DNA of 63,558 bases, counting the filler, from Phoronis australis (taxonomy: Eukaryota; Animalia; Phoronida), in the NCBI GenBank assembly GCA_002633005.1. It is 9 parts of 9 records of this genome, joined end to end, with 100 filler letters (N's around TTAATTAATTAA, not from the genome) between each part and the next. Parts side by side here need not be neighbours in the genome. Positions count along the whole stretch, not along the records: positions 27,750 to 39,403 come from NMRA01001685.1; positions 39,504 to 41,829 come from NMRA01003737.1; positions 41,930 to 45,112 come from NMRA01003163.1; positions 45,213 to 47,837 come from NMRA01003547.1; positions 47,938 to 51,814 come from NMRA01000419.1; 4 more parts are not named here. One strand, 5' to 3'. The notes below the pieces were generated by a model. It was not told the DNA's origin. It did not search any database and worked only from the letters and a program-made list of their open reading frames with translations. Positions 36,201 to 49,125 of this stretch are shown one piece after another. A program made the translations under genes and the position numbers. How positions within the stretch are numbered: position 1 is the stretch's first letter; the number at the start of each line of letters is the position of its first letter.

Positions 36201-39002
36201 AGTTGTTACTCATTCAGTGACAAATGTGCTCACAATTCCCGTTGGACTTCGTCTCCTTTCTGGCGCCACCGACAACATGGCAACTTTTGCTGAACTGAAA
36301 GGCATGTTCAATCGGCTACTTTGTAATTTGTGAAGATTTAACGTTGATACATTTTGACAAACGTTGCTACAAAAAAGAAACTTTGTTCAATTTTCGTGTT
36401 TTTGTGCAAAAATATAAGATATATTCGAATTATTTTACTGTAAATTTCCCATTCAGGTGATCTTACACTAAGCTAAAAAAATAGATGAAATAATTTTGAA
36501 ATGATTTTTTGTTTAACTGTCAACTGCTGTTCAAGACTTGATTCGGAGTCACAAAATGATTCATATTTTTCTAAATTTTAAGTCTCAATTGCTTTCAAGT
36601 CATGTTTTGTAACTTATTGCTTCTTAATTCAGGTTATCAAGTCAACAATATGAATAATCTTAATTTGAGAAATAAGCTATGTTGGATTGTGAAGCTTCAA
36701 GCCTCTAATTCTTGTTCCTTGCAACTTCATATTTTTTAAATCATGCTTGCCAAATTCAGGTGTAAGAAAACACTATTCCGTCACCATGGCAATAGTTACA
36801 TGTATATCCACTTTCATAAATGTTGAAAAGTATTGTGCATTTTAAGTTACTTATTATGTTAAAAGTTTGAATCATTTTGGGTTAATGAATAAAAAATGAT
36901 AACATGTTGTATTGGACTTGTCATACTTATGTGCTCGAAGGAGCCCCTTTTTGGAGAACTGGAAAACGGTCTGCCTCAGTCACAGAAGCACGAATTCCGA
37001 AAAAAGTAAAAAATGAGACAATATTCCACTAGAAAACAGCAAGTACCAAAATTTAGAGTCTGCAATTCATAGCTCTGAACATACCCACTGAACTAACAAG
37101 CTGTATTTTGACGATAGTCTTCACTGGTAGCTGGTGACTGAGGCTATAACTAAGGTCTGCCGCGGCAGTGTGACACAGGACTAACCACTCGGCAGCCCGT
37201 AATTTCATGCAAGTGTATGAAACTACCCTTGAATATATGCAAAATTTATGATTTGACCATTTTACTTCGACAAAACAGCTTGCAACCGCATGCATTTACC
37301 GTTCGCCAGTGTCTGGTCTCGATCCGCACTGGGTCCAATAGACTCCGAGTCTGGCAAAATAATTTCTGTCAAAATTTATTCGCCATATTTCTTCAGCAAA
37401 TTCGATAAAATTACCCGTAGTTTGATTTTATTAAAATTAAGGCGCCCTGTCGATTATTTTATCCCCGTTTGCTGGCTGGTAACAGTACAGGCACTGCTCC
37501 AGTCGCACTGACGGCGTTTTCTCGGCCTGGGTTCCTGAACGAATTGTACTTCCGGGTTCGCAGCAAGTTCAAAATGGCGGTGGTTCTTCGGGTGCGAATC
37601 GTGAGTGGCGCGTTCATTTAAACTTTTTTTGAGTACGGATCGTGTATTAGTTATGGGGTAGGTACTTCCTGGATCCTTATAATATCCTCTAACCGTGTAA
37701 TAAGGGTTAACAACGTGTGAGAGGAGTTTAATAGAATTAACATGACATAACTACACTCGCACGGCAGTTAAACTGAAAATTATGGACTACGGTCTGAACA
37801 AATTGAAATTCCATTCGGTAGGCAAAATAGACCATTTGCGGCTATCCTAACATAGCAGAAAAGTGCCACAAAATCCTCATTGTGTTACACAACTTCGCCC
37901 GAGGTCTATAGCCTTCACAATGAAAACCAGCATGAGGTCTTACAAAATTCAGGCAAATTCATACTAAGCAGTAACACCACAACATCAAGGAAAGCGAGAC
38001 CCACCTTGCATCATGCTTAGCACAAGGTCTATTGCGAGGTTATTTTCTAAAACGCAGACGCACCCACATCTGCGTTACTTTGTGCAGAACCATGACTAGT
38101 GGCTACAAGCGGCCACGAGAACTCGGATAAACCAAACCCCATCTACAGTAATTCTCCATATATTTTGCACACTCACCTCATTTCACACACTCAAAATTAC
38201 TCGTAAAGGGATGTTTTGTCCCTCACTTATTTCGCATGAGGCTATTTGATGGGAATTTCTTGCCTCGCCTAATTCACACACGTTCAGTTTTGCACTTCAG
38301 AAGATATCAATGCAAAGCCCAGTCATTAATTCTAGTAATACACACCTCTTTAACTGCGTTCATAGGGTCTCAGCATTATGTATTCACCACTTAATTTATC
38401 CACTCATAACAAATATCCCAAGCTGTAGTTGACGTACACATGAGGTGAAAGGGGTGACCTGGAGTGTCGTGTCACTAAGATTCACATGCTCAAATAATTG
38501 TTTCACCAATGATGGGGTAAAGTACTCTATATTAGAATAACATGATAAAGTAACTAAAGTAAGTAAATTACTATTAATTCCATCATGTTTGCAACTCGTA
38601 GGCTGTACTTCAGTAAATTAACCCACAGGCAGGTGGCGATGCTTGAATACTCGGTTAATTTTGCACACCTGTCAACAACGAAGCCCAAATAATTATTCAT
38701 TTCATTTTAGCACACCTTGACTATAACGAAAATATACATATTATTATTAATTTAACGTTGTGCAAATTAAGTGGATAATTGCCTTAGTTTGCTTAGCGGT
38801 GCAGAATTTGACCTACCTTTGGTCTATGAGCAGGCTAGTGGACAGTGCATGCCATGTTTCCATGACATCGACAACTTCTGCCTCACACAGTGATACGATT
38901 CCCTGTAAAGCAAGGGATGCTGGGATGGCATCCTCGTCAGTTGTGCAATGATTGAGAACATCAGAAAGAAGGCTAAGCATGTCTTGTCCGTGTAGTTCAG
39001 GC
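30215..39002 (-). CDS. FOCAD: Focadhesin (KIAA1797/RST1-like), seven internal exons; both gene ends are outside this piece
   Basis: Phase-compatible GT-AG exons: 39002-38817 (RPELHGQDML...ASLALQGIVSLCEAEVVDVMETWHALS), 34538-34463 (LVPQLKVETPDYE), 34162-34028 (LW...DPSVAVSAFRNLAKF...ITHLP), 33516-33411 (VPGHSYIKLLS), 32775-32590 (EVKELPR...IPSVVSRLY), 31240-31119 (DGKPRR...RARTF) and 30466-30215 (LELQLQAGK...WFYARD...PLAQANALL). These are colinear with recalled vertebrate FOCAD motifs (RPYQHGADML, LQGLHALCQAEVV, ELELQLKHGK, PVVKGNALL). Confidence 0.88.
32479..32554 (-). mobile_element. tRNA-derived SINE head or tRNA pseudogene in a FOCAD intron
   Basis: The - strand has an A-box TAGCTCATTGGTGAGAGC and a degenerate B-box GGTTGATTCCC at tRNA spacing; the stems are imperfect. 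Confidence 0.55.
35011..35409. mobile_element. ~400-bp MITE with 25-bp terminal inverted repeats
   Basis: TCTAGGACCTTAATAAACGACCTCA (35011-35035) vs TGAGGTCGTTTATTGTGGTCCTAGA (35385-35409), 23/25 complementary; the interior is non-coding. Confidence 0.75.
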
Positions 39003-39844
39003 CTGCGGAAGAGAGTGGCAGCCGATCAACAGTGGAATGAAACATACGGCAAAATCTCACCAATTTAGGACATGCAAAATTTTTATTTATTAAAGAATTT
39101 TAAAGATAAGTAGCATCAAATAAATGGTATATCATTTTTATAGATCTATACCACGGCTACCACCAGACAATGATTTTGAGAAACTGTGGACATTACAACA
39201 GAAGCCTTTCAAAAATGAAAAAAGATCAGTTCCGCTACAATTCCTTTACATTTAATTTTGCATAAAAAGATTTACATAAACCTTGTTAAAATATGACAAA
39301 TACAACTTGTCTGTTTAAAAGTTAAAGCAAGGAGTGTAGTAGTATAGGAGAGTTCACTTGTGAGTTCGCTGTTACCGCTACTACTAGCGCCGCCAAGTGG
39401 TGANNNNNNNNNNNNNNNNNNNNNNNNNNNNNNNNNNNNNNNNNNNNTTAATTAATTAANNNNNNNNNNNNNNNNNNNNNNNNNNNNNNNNNNNNNNNNN
39501 NNNGTTGTACAGCATTTGTCATGTATGCTTTTGATTGCTTTTATTTTGTCAAATCAATTGATATTAAACTTGTTTACTAGTTCTCTGCTCATTTCTTTCG
39601 AGCATTCTAAACTCATTGATGACTTTCCCCAATTAACATTCAACAGTTTTCATCTCTCATGACTTTGTGCACCTAGTGTACACCAGTGTTTACTAACTAC
39701 TAACATTGTGAATGGAAGATTTGTCAACACGATTCAACATTTTTTACTTCTGACTCTACACTGCAGCAGTCATCTACTGCAGTGACACATAGTGTGCAAC
39801 AGTGTAAGCTAACTACAAACAAGGGTGTCTATTTCTCCTCTTAG

Positions 39845-41582
39845 GTTACTCAAGACCTCCACCAAGCTCTCACTGATGGAAGCCAGGTGCTGCCGTAACT
39901 TTTCCGCCCTTGGCTTGTCCAGAGTACCAGCCTCTCACCTGCAACGACTTTATCTGAGTCACTGCTCTCCTGGCTACCTGAGAATAGGTGACCTGGCCCA
40001 AGTGCTTGCAAAGGTAATGTCAATGTTTATTCACATAAACTTAAGGTCAAAAAGAACAATTTAGTTTGTTTTTCACAAATCATGAATAATGGTCCCTATT
40101 GCAGCAATAATCAGGTCTGGTTCCAATTTCAAACTTCAAATAAGACTAAAACTTGCTTGCCCCAGCAATGCTAGGCTCAGTAAGACTCTCGTTGGCATGA
40201 TGACATTCTTTGACAGAACTTGTTTTGCCTAAGTTCTGTGACATTTTGAGAATTCTATTATGATTTGTGAGAAATTTGCTGAGTCAAGTAGGCTGTTAGT
40301 GTTCTGTTGGATTTGCTGTTGCATAAAGTGGTGGTTCCTCTTTTAACAAAGTGTAAAATTATGGAATTCATCGTTATCACTGACATTAAATATGTTGTGA
40401 CTAACAGCATATTGAGTGTGAACTAAATAGTCATGCAAAACATACTGAAAAAGCTTTGACAATTGTGAGTTCTCTGTGACATTTTGAGATGTGTCAAGTT
40501 GTCACTGACCATGAGTAAATTCTCTGCAATCCTAGAATTCTACATAGACCATTGTGCTATTGTGTACAATTAGTAAATGTTAATGGGATTCACTAGAATT
40601 GATTTCACTTGGCTCTGACAACAATTTGTGTCATTTGTTTGTCACACTGTTGATTCTTGAATTTTCAAAAATGAGTACTATTTAAGACTATTATGATAAT
40701 CTGAAAAAAAATGTACAGCTATGTAAAGCATTCAAAATTTTTTACTAGCTTGTTCTTATTGCCAATTTTTGTTGAGAATTTCTACTGACCTGCTCCATCT
40801 TGTTACCTTGTGAAATATTGTGAATAAGTAGTGTAGCTTGAAGTTGTTTTTCAGGCCACCAAAAGGGGTTCTCACTCTCACTAACATCAATGCTGACAGT
40901 AGCCATCGTTTTTGTATGTTTAAACATTAGTTAAAGATGCTATGTCTCATAAAATCATGAATATTTAAATTGATGGCAAGCATCACCTTGTGACTTCCTG
41001 GAGAATTGTACTAGACAGTATAATCCAGAAAAGCAATAATTTGTCAATAAAATATGGCTTTAAAGAAAACACCAAGACTGATACATTCAAAAAGAAGTGT
41101 GAATATATAGAAAACACTAGGAATTCCAAATATTACACCTTCATTATATGATTGTGAAATGAGCAAATAAAAACCGTGCCATGTTTTATTAGGGTAGCGA
41201 TGACATATTACCATACTTAGTTATGTAATAATAGTTTCCCAAAACTGAGACTTTCACGAGATTGTAATTGTAATGGTAACTGGTTTTCTGATGGTTTCCA
41301 GCACACCGGACGGAAGACCCATGCTTGCTTGTAAACTAGTACTTCATTTGCATATCCGCAATTTAATGAGACGTAGCATAGTTAATGTCTAATTTTCCCA
41401 AGTTCAGTCCGTGTTCCAAATCTGCTTCAGTGGAGAGAGAGCATAGCAGAACTTGACCTTGGCTGGAACACAAGCTCTGAACAAGATATGATAAAGGTTG
41501 TTGATGAACTGTGCAAGTCACATGAAAGTCAGCTGACTACGTTAAACTTGTGTGGGACGGCCATTACAGAAGACGGAGTCAG
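39845..41582 (+). CDS. FBXL6: Two consecutive internal exons (39845-40013, 41431-41582) of an F-box/LRR protein, FBXL6-like
   Basis: Spliced translation RLLKTSTKLSLMEARCCRNFSALGLSRVPASHLQRLYLSHC...VLAK|WRESIAELDLGWNTSSEQDM...LTTLNLCGTAITEDGV. It shows LRR periodicity and resembles FBXL6 (RLL..SPNLRLLDLRGC; KWCHTLRELDLS..SEKDL; LCSLNLRGT). The phase-0 junction is consistent. Confidence 0.7.
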
Positions 41583-41953
41583 GTGATGATTTTTTCAATA
41601 CGTGTTTGTGTAAATGACACATGGTCAGACTTAGTTAAATGTATCCTTCGAAAGTTGTCCAATGAATAATTTTGAAAAGAATGAGACTTGAAATACCAAG
41701 TTGCTTAATGTTTTCACCTCCTGGGGTCATTTTGATTCCATTAAGGCAAACATGATCAGAAAATATGAATCTGCGACACGTCTCATGTTGAACGTAATGT
41801 TTCCTTTGTAAAGTGATCAGGATTAAAGGNNNNNNNNNNNNNNNNNNNNNNNNNNNNNNNNNNNNNNNNNNNNTTAATTAATTAANNNNNNNNNNNNNNN
41901 NNNNNNNNNNNNNNNNNNNNNNNNNNNNNTGCCGGGTGTCACGAGCAAACTGT

Positions 41954-42473
41954 TTTCTTTGTTACAAAAGGCGGACAACTACGCAAGAAAATGACTTTTA
42001 TTAGATTGTTTTTCACTTAAGGGCTGTAACGGGCAGGGTTAGTGTCGGTTGATTCTCAGATTTTGCATGCACCCCCGCCGGTCGTTACCTCTAGATGTTG
42101 ATATAGTTTCACGACGACTAAGCAGCGAAAAGTACCCGGGCCGTGTGAAATTTCGGGGTCTAACGAAGCTCAACACGCAGTATACCTCACCCTAGCCAGC
42201 CAGCTGCCTGTACACGAAGACTATCGTCAAAGTATAGCTAGGTATCACTGTCTGTTGAACTCCGACAGACCTCGATTGCACCCACTGTCCGGGTAGATCT
42301 GCTTGTCATTTCGCCGTGAAACTTTTATCAACGGGTATGCAGCGGAGCTAAAGATCGACCGGCAGGGGTGCATGCAAAATCTGAGTCAATCGACACTCAC
42401 CTTGCTCATTACAGCCGTTTAAGTCAAACACAATAATTTTCTTGCGTAAATTTCCGCCTTTTGTAACAAGAAA
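41954..42473. repeat. ~520-bp imperfect palindrome (foldback element)
   Basis: 42055-42084 is 29/30 complementary to 42356-42385. The outer blocks (TTGTTACAAAAGGCGGA / TCCGCCTTTTGTAACAA) and inner blocks also pair, leaving a ~40-bp loop near 42215. Confidence 0.85.
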
Positions 42474-43733
42474 TGTCTGTCGTCATGTCGTTTTGAAAAC
42501 AGTAGGTACGCTCGTGGAATCCGCGTACGCGCCATTTCCTAAATTTTTGCGACATCTGTCGGTAGAAGATGACAGCTTCGCTGCAGCAAAAAGTGTTCTG
42601 AAACTCGGTTTAATGGTATCAAAATTTTAAAAACTTGTAATGAAGTGAAACCAGTTCCAGTAACTTGTTCTGATGTGTACGCAACAGTCTCGAGAAAGAT
42701 CAACAGTTGATTGAGGCGAAAAAATAAACTGGCCTATACTGGGTGACGCAATATTTCATGGCGCCGAAGCCGACGCAATATTTCATGGCGCCGAAACCGA
42801 CGCAAAAGATCGCACCACAATTTTAGCAGCAGAATAACGGTAGAATGCCAATTTTTCCAACAACAGTAAATAATTTAGTTTACTTAAGGAAGAATGTAGT
42901 TTTTAATGACACCAATTTTGAGATTTTATCTGGTCAGAATAGGTCCGACCAGAGACATCTATGTCTATAGGTCCTACCACAGACATCTTAATGTGATGTC
43001 TATAAGTCCGACACTTTTTCCAGTGCACTATCTAAGTGGGTGGCTATCCTAATTTTCTGCTGCATGCACATCCTCCCCACACCCGATCAAAAATATAACT
43101 CCCCGGGGTTTAAACGAAAGGTATCTCGATAACAGTTTGCTCGTGCTTTGCAGTGTGCTCTTTCAAGACATGTTTGTGCGACTGTTCTGCGTGGTAATTG
43201 TTGTCACCTCGAGTGCGCTGGGACCAATATCACAATCAACAGGTACTGCAAGAAAGTACGCGTTCACGACCTTGTCCACATTCAACTGTACTTCAGTACG
43301 TTGCATCGACGAAAGTCGATGCCGAAGTAGAGACGGTCTTTAGTGCTTCATGTTGTACGTCGAATCACTCAAAGCCGACTCCAACACTCATAGAAGATGA
43401 AACGTTAATTTTTCCCGTGAGATTTTGCAGCAGAATGTTGAGAAGTTTGAAACGATATTTCAGACACTTAGAAATTCCCTACTTTACATGTGGAACACAA
43501 AACGGTTTTTCTATCAGGTACAATAGGTATGCTGGCGTATCCACAATAAATTTAGGTGAGTATAAATGTTGAATATTAACTGCACGGAAAATGCATGGCC
43601 GCAGAGGAGGGACTGCCGCCGAATTCACAACAGCGACATGATGTCGCCGGGTCGACTACGTCGCAACGCAATGGTCCACAGTTTCGACTCCGTCCCTTAT
43701 TGAACCATCATGGCACTGCCGAGAGAGTGCAGC

Positions 43734-44474
43734 CGGATTGTTCTAAAACCCCACGACCCGGCCCTCCACCCACAACCCCCTCGACCCAGTCCACATAAGC
43801 TCGACTCGATTTGAGCATAGAACAAGCGCTGAATTGCAGGAGGGTCAACGAGTCGGGCCGTGATTCGGCAAGTTTGAAAGCCAAAAACAGAAAAAAAACA
43901 ACGCGACCAAATCAAATCAAAGGCCTACCAACGTTACAAATGTCGTTCCCGGTAAAGTGTAATCGTCTCACGGTCTGCTCTTCAGTGAATGACAGACGGA
44001 TTCAAGCTTTTTGGGGGAGTGCGAGGAACTAACATATATGTAACTTCTTCTGTAAATGCAGTTTAAAAAACAAACTGTTAACTAAAAAGTATCTCAACGT
44101 TACATGAACTTTATTGTAAATGAGAATACAACAGAAAGCAAATGAATAAATATGTGAAAATACGCCCATTCACGTAAACGTACTCTCTCCCAAAGTTTAT
44201 TAAAACCGGGCCATTGGTGGCCGCTCGGGCAACTACATGTATTCATATATCCATGGCAACGATAGCACGCTCACAATTTGCTATATCAGATCATGTTCTT
44301 ACGCCGCGTTCTTTGTTTTTAACGACCGGACTTGAGCCAGAGCAAATGCGTGTAGGTAAGTCTTATGGGAAAGTTATCCAGCGACGTAATAATGTGACTG
44401 CATATTTATTGGCACAGGTCGTGGGTCGAGGGGGTCGTGGGATGTGGGGGTCGAGGGGGGTTTAGAACAATCCG
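43734..44474. mobile_element. ~740-bp MITE with CGGATTGTTCTAAA terminal inverted repeats
   Basis: Perfect 14-bp TIRs (43734-43747 and 44461-44474), followed inward by complementary C-rich/G-rich CGACCC subterminal repeats. Confidence 0.75.
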
Positions 44475-45112
44475 TCAGAAAGTGGTTGGAATCAAGCCAT
44501 AAGATGGATTAGAAATAAATGAGCACAGGACTCNAGTCGGGCCGTGATTCGGCAAGTTTGAAAGCCAAAAACAGAAAAAAAAACAACGCGACCAAATCAA
44601 ATCAAAGGCCTACCAACGTTAAAAATGTCGTTCCCGGTAAAGTGTAATCGTCTCACGGTCTGCTCTTCAGTGAATGACAGATTCAAGCTTTTTGGGGGAG
44701 TGCGAGGAACTAACATATATGTAACTTCTTCTGTAAATGCTGTTTAAAAAACAAATTGTTAACTAAAAAGTATCTCAACGTTACATGAACTATATTGTAA
44801 ATGAGAATACAACAGAAAGCAAATGAATAAATATGTGAAAATACGCCCATTCACGTAAACGTACTCTCTCCCAAAGTTTAGTAAAACCGGTCCATTATGG
44901 CCGCTCGGGCAACTACATGTATTCATATATCCATGGCAACGATAACACGCTCACAATTTGCTCTATCAGATCATGTTCTTACGCCGCGTTCTTTGTTTTT
45001 AACGACCGGACTTGAGCCAGAGCAAATGTGTGTAGGTAAGTCTTATGGGAAAGTTATCCAGCGACGTAATAATGTGACTGTATATTTATTGGCACAGGTC
45101 GTGGGTCGAGGA
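43850..45112 (+). repeat. ~580-bp near-identical duplication (43850-44430 vs 44535-45112) joined at a single N
   Basis: Direct comparison of the two copies; N at 44534. Confidence 0.9.
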
Positions 45113-48100
45113 NNNNNNNNNNNNNNNNNNNNNNNNNNNNNNNNNNNNNNNNNNNNTTAATTAATTAANNNNNNNNNNNNNNNNNNNNNNNNNNNNNNNN
45201 NNNNNNNNNNNNTAGGCCAGTCTACTGTGATTCGTCGAGAGAATAAAAGGGGTTTCTGATGGGGGCACATAATATGGGGGGCACAAAACGCGTAGTAATT
45301 AGTTAGTGGTTGTGTGGAATAAAACGAAACAAAGATATGTTGCACAAAAGTACATGTATTTAACATATCTAAAAGGCAGTTGGCTCATTTTATAGGGACT
45401 TTAAAATAGCAAAGGAGAGACTGATATGTTTACTTTGCCAAATATTCCACAATTGTTTCACAGACACTTTGGCAACAAGCCGGGTAAATTTGTATACGAT
45501 AGTCAATCAATTGTGCGCAAAATTGAAATTTTGAGGCAAAATATGACTTGGCCCTCACCAATCCATCTAATGACTGGTGGACAGAAGCTCACGGTTGTCA
45601 TGTAATTTTCCACTCGGTACACGTTTTAAGTGGTACCAGATGCGCTTAATTCAGACTTCTACGCATTAATACATTTTTGTATCCATTATAATCATTAGAT
45701 CACAACTATACAAATTTTGTCGTCCGTCATTTCTGGTTATCGCTGCCGCAATGGTTACATGATTAAGTATATGCGTCATTGAGTAGTAGTATTGGAAAAT
45801 CATCAGAACCTAGAAAATTGAGCTGGCTCATAGGTTTGGGTAAGTATCGTATCTTCTGTTAGAAAATAGCCTTGACTGATGGGCCACTATTTTTCATATG
45901 TTTCAAGGTTGAGCAATTGCTTCATAGTATAAAGCCACGGTTGTATGCGCTCGTGTGTGCATCTTAGTGTATGTTCAGCTGAGCGCTTAATAAAATTAAA
46001 AAAAAAAGATTTTACTTGAACTTATTTCTTACAACATTTAATGTGTCCTTTGTTGTTTAATTCTATGAAAATTGACCATGACCATTTCGAAAAATTGTGG
46101 AACCCAAGCCTCCCCTGATGTGACTGTATACTCTATGTAGCATAGTACAAGCACATATTGTCAATCACAAATCTGTCGGGAGAAAATTGTAAGATTTTAG
46201 CCGCAAGTGCTCAGCCGGGTTATCACAAATCCGAAGTTGCGTCAAGTGGAGCCGTTGTGACCATTCGAGCCTGTGAATCTTTGATCGAAGCCATTTACAT
46301 CAAAACAGATTCAATCACTAACGTACGGCGACAACTACAAAGCTAGATTTAGTAGCAGAAGGAACAAAAACTTAAAGTTTATTATTGGCAAACCATAACG
46401 CATGACGACGAATGGTTTTGAGAATTCTTGACATTCGATTACTTGATTTTCCCAAAAATGACCGCGAGCGATCACACAAACCTTAGCATGTGACCGAACG
46501 AATTTCATGTAAGGCAAACCAGCCTCTGGATTCCGCTTGATACAGAACTCAACAGTCTCACCCGATACAACATAGATCATGGTATGCACTTTAAATGCTA
46601 TATATTTATTCACAAAACCCCACACTGACTTTACTAATCATTTTTATTCACACCAACTACATCTTAAACTGATACATTAGATATAGCACTGAACACGAGG
46701 GCTTTGCAGTCTCCTTCATAGACCATTTGTGTATGGCAAAACCAACATTCACAAGAAATTACACAAAAAATCTTACAATGAGTCTGGATATTAATATGAC
46801 AAAACAATTACAACCGTTTTGATTACTTTAACGTCTTTAAGGCTGTATATATCTACAGCCCTCCGCTAATCTGACCTGGGCAATGAAAAAGTACGATTGA
46901 TCCTGTTAATAAAAAATCACACCGTAATGTAAATTTGATAACACAAAATCAAACAGCAGACCATAAACTAAACCTACCCTTTTCCCCACTCTAAGCTTTG
47001 TTATTTTGTACACATTTTCTAAGTACTTCCAATACCATTCGAAGGGTCTTGAAATCAAAAAAGTAACAACGAGTACATAGCTTTCGAACACGGAATGAGT
47101 CAATTCTTACTTAGCTGATAGTCAAATTAAATTCGGTTTATTGGCTAAATGTAATGCCTATATCAATTTCAATCTACAGAATTCAGTCTTCACCAAAAAC
47201 ATATTTCCGCTTTTCCCAAGCCCGGAAATTATTTAACTGCTGTTTTGACATTGAAATTAGCTGAAGGTCAGTGTACTTGGGACTTCACCAAATATTTCAC
47301 ATGGCATGCATGTCTGAAATTTGTATAATAGGGGGATCTTGCATGTGAGTTATCACATGAGAAAATCAAGCGGAATAAGATATTTTGGGAACATGACAAG
47401 TCACGACAACCGATTTTTTTCTACTATGCAAGGTCTCCAAGTTTCTATCTTTCAATTTTTTTGACGAAAACATGTTCAATGGTAATTAAATGTGAAGCCT
47501 GTACTGTGAATACGAGTGAACCTGATAAGGTAGTAGCGAATTGGCAACGCAGACGTGCTTCTAATCTATAGGGTGCGTTTTGTGGACCACAGAATCACTC
47601 CAAAAAGCAATATCACGCAAGACCACGTAAAAAGAGTGAGTGAAAGACGAGTGTTTTGCAATTATGCTGGAGGCCTGACTAATGTAACCTACAATGTATA
47701 AAACTGGCGGCTACTGGAGGCGAGGCTCTAATGTTGAATCATATTATAAACGTTTCGCACTCATCTACTCTACTCTCTGCAAATACGGTAGCTGTAACAC
47801 GCGGGACGACGGATGTGAATTTGTACCCGTTAACAACNNNNNNNNNNNNNNNNNNNNNNNNNNNNNNNNNNNNNNNNNNNNTTAATTAATTAANNNNNNN
47901 NNNNNNNNNNNNNNNNNNNNNNNNNNNNNNNNNNNNNGTCACTCCGATCTGAGTGTTCTTTTTCGCTTGTACTGAATTTCCCTCAAGAATATGTTAGAAA
48001 TACTCGAATGGGTAAAAATACTCGGTTGGGTGTATTCCCAGTAAGGCATTATCATTTGTTGTGGTACGTAATAAGTTAAAATAATCGACGCCCACCTGTC

Positions 48101-49125
48101 ATGACCGAAGGCGATGATCCCGGAGAAAAAAGGTGTCCTGTGTGAAATAGCGTTCCTACATCGTCAAACGCATCTTTCAAGAAAAGTCTTACAAAAATGT
48201 ACACTAAAAGAAAACACAGAAATTGGAAACCTTGTTTTTTCCGGGAAATTCAGTTCATAGGATTCGGAAAAAGGGAAATTTTCAAAATCGGTTTAGGAAA
48301 GCTCCAGCAAGCGAAATAATTAGCGAGAATCGGGAAACTTATTAAAAACTCTAAGATCATTTTACGAAATCACACGCCGTGGGAAAAATGGACCTTCAGA
48401 GCTACAATGGGTAAAAACTGTAGTAAAATATTTACACTTTCTTGCTAAGGAAACTGAATTCGCAGATTAAAAATCTTTGAATGTGCCCTGAGCGCGTGGA
48501 GCGCTCCGAAAATGAAGCCGGAGATCAATCCTTGATAAACAAGACTATTTTAGTGTGTTATATTCCATAGTGTTGTATATCAAGGAACTTGCAAAAATAT
48601 ATATATAGTAGGAATTACTTACTTCATGCGGGAACAAGACGAACGAGTATCCTGCGTGAATTGAAATAAGGTGCACATCAAACCATATAACAAAGTTTTC
48701 AATTCGTAGGCCTATCAAAAATGTCTTGACAATTCGCAAAAACTAAAAATGTCCAAGAAAATTATTTCTTGACCAAAGAAATTGAAAAATGAACGCCTTG
48801 GTATCTTTAGCAAAACTTGAGAATACAGTACCCTATTTTTAATTAAACGTTTTTGAAAAATCGCAAAAATGTCAAACTGAAAATAATTTAACGTACTCCA
48901 AATGCGATTTTATTCTGGCTGGCACCAGAAAGACTGGAATTGACGCTTGATTTTTTTATACAGCGAAGGCACAGAGGCCTACTCTTTACGTATATACGGG
49001 TGCGCGTGTGTGAGTGTATATTTAAACACTGCACTATTACAGACCCCTAAATTAGTGATATTCCATCGATTTTGGCTTAGTATTTAATGTTTCCCACTTA
49101 TTTTCGGGTTACCAATCCAGTTTAA

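Noticed and set aside
1205-39002. RBM26/27 (nuclear exosome adaptor) and FOCAD (SKI/exosome-associated) as an RNA-decay gene cluster
   Set aside because: They are separated by two artificial spacers and there is no evidence they are neighbours.
24321-39403. Inverted 80-bp repeats as the ends of a 15-kb element carrying the lectin and FOCAD exons
   Set aside because: The copies are on different pieces and their termini face the wrong way for a single element; they are independent MITE copies.
43137-43572. Overlapping short Cys-containing ORFs as a secreted peptide gene
   Set aside because: No consistent frame, splice structure or recognisable motif on either strand.
47694-47837. CKYGSCN...FVP as a THAP-like start
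   Set aside because: Too short, truncated by the spacer, and lacking the remaining THAP residues.
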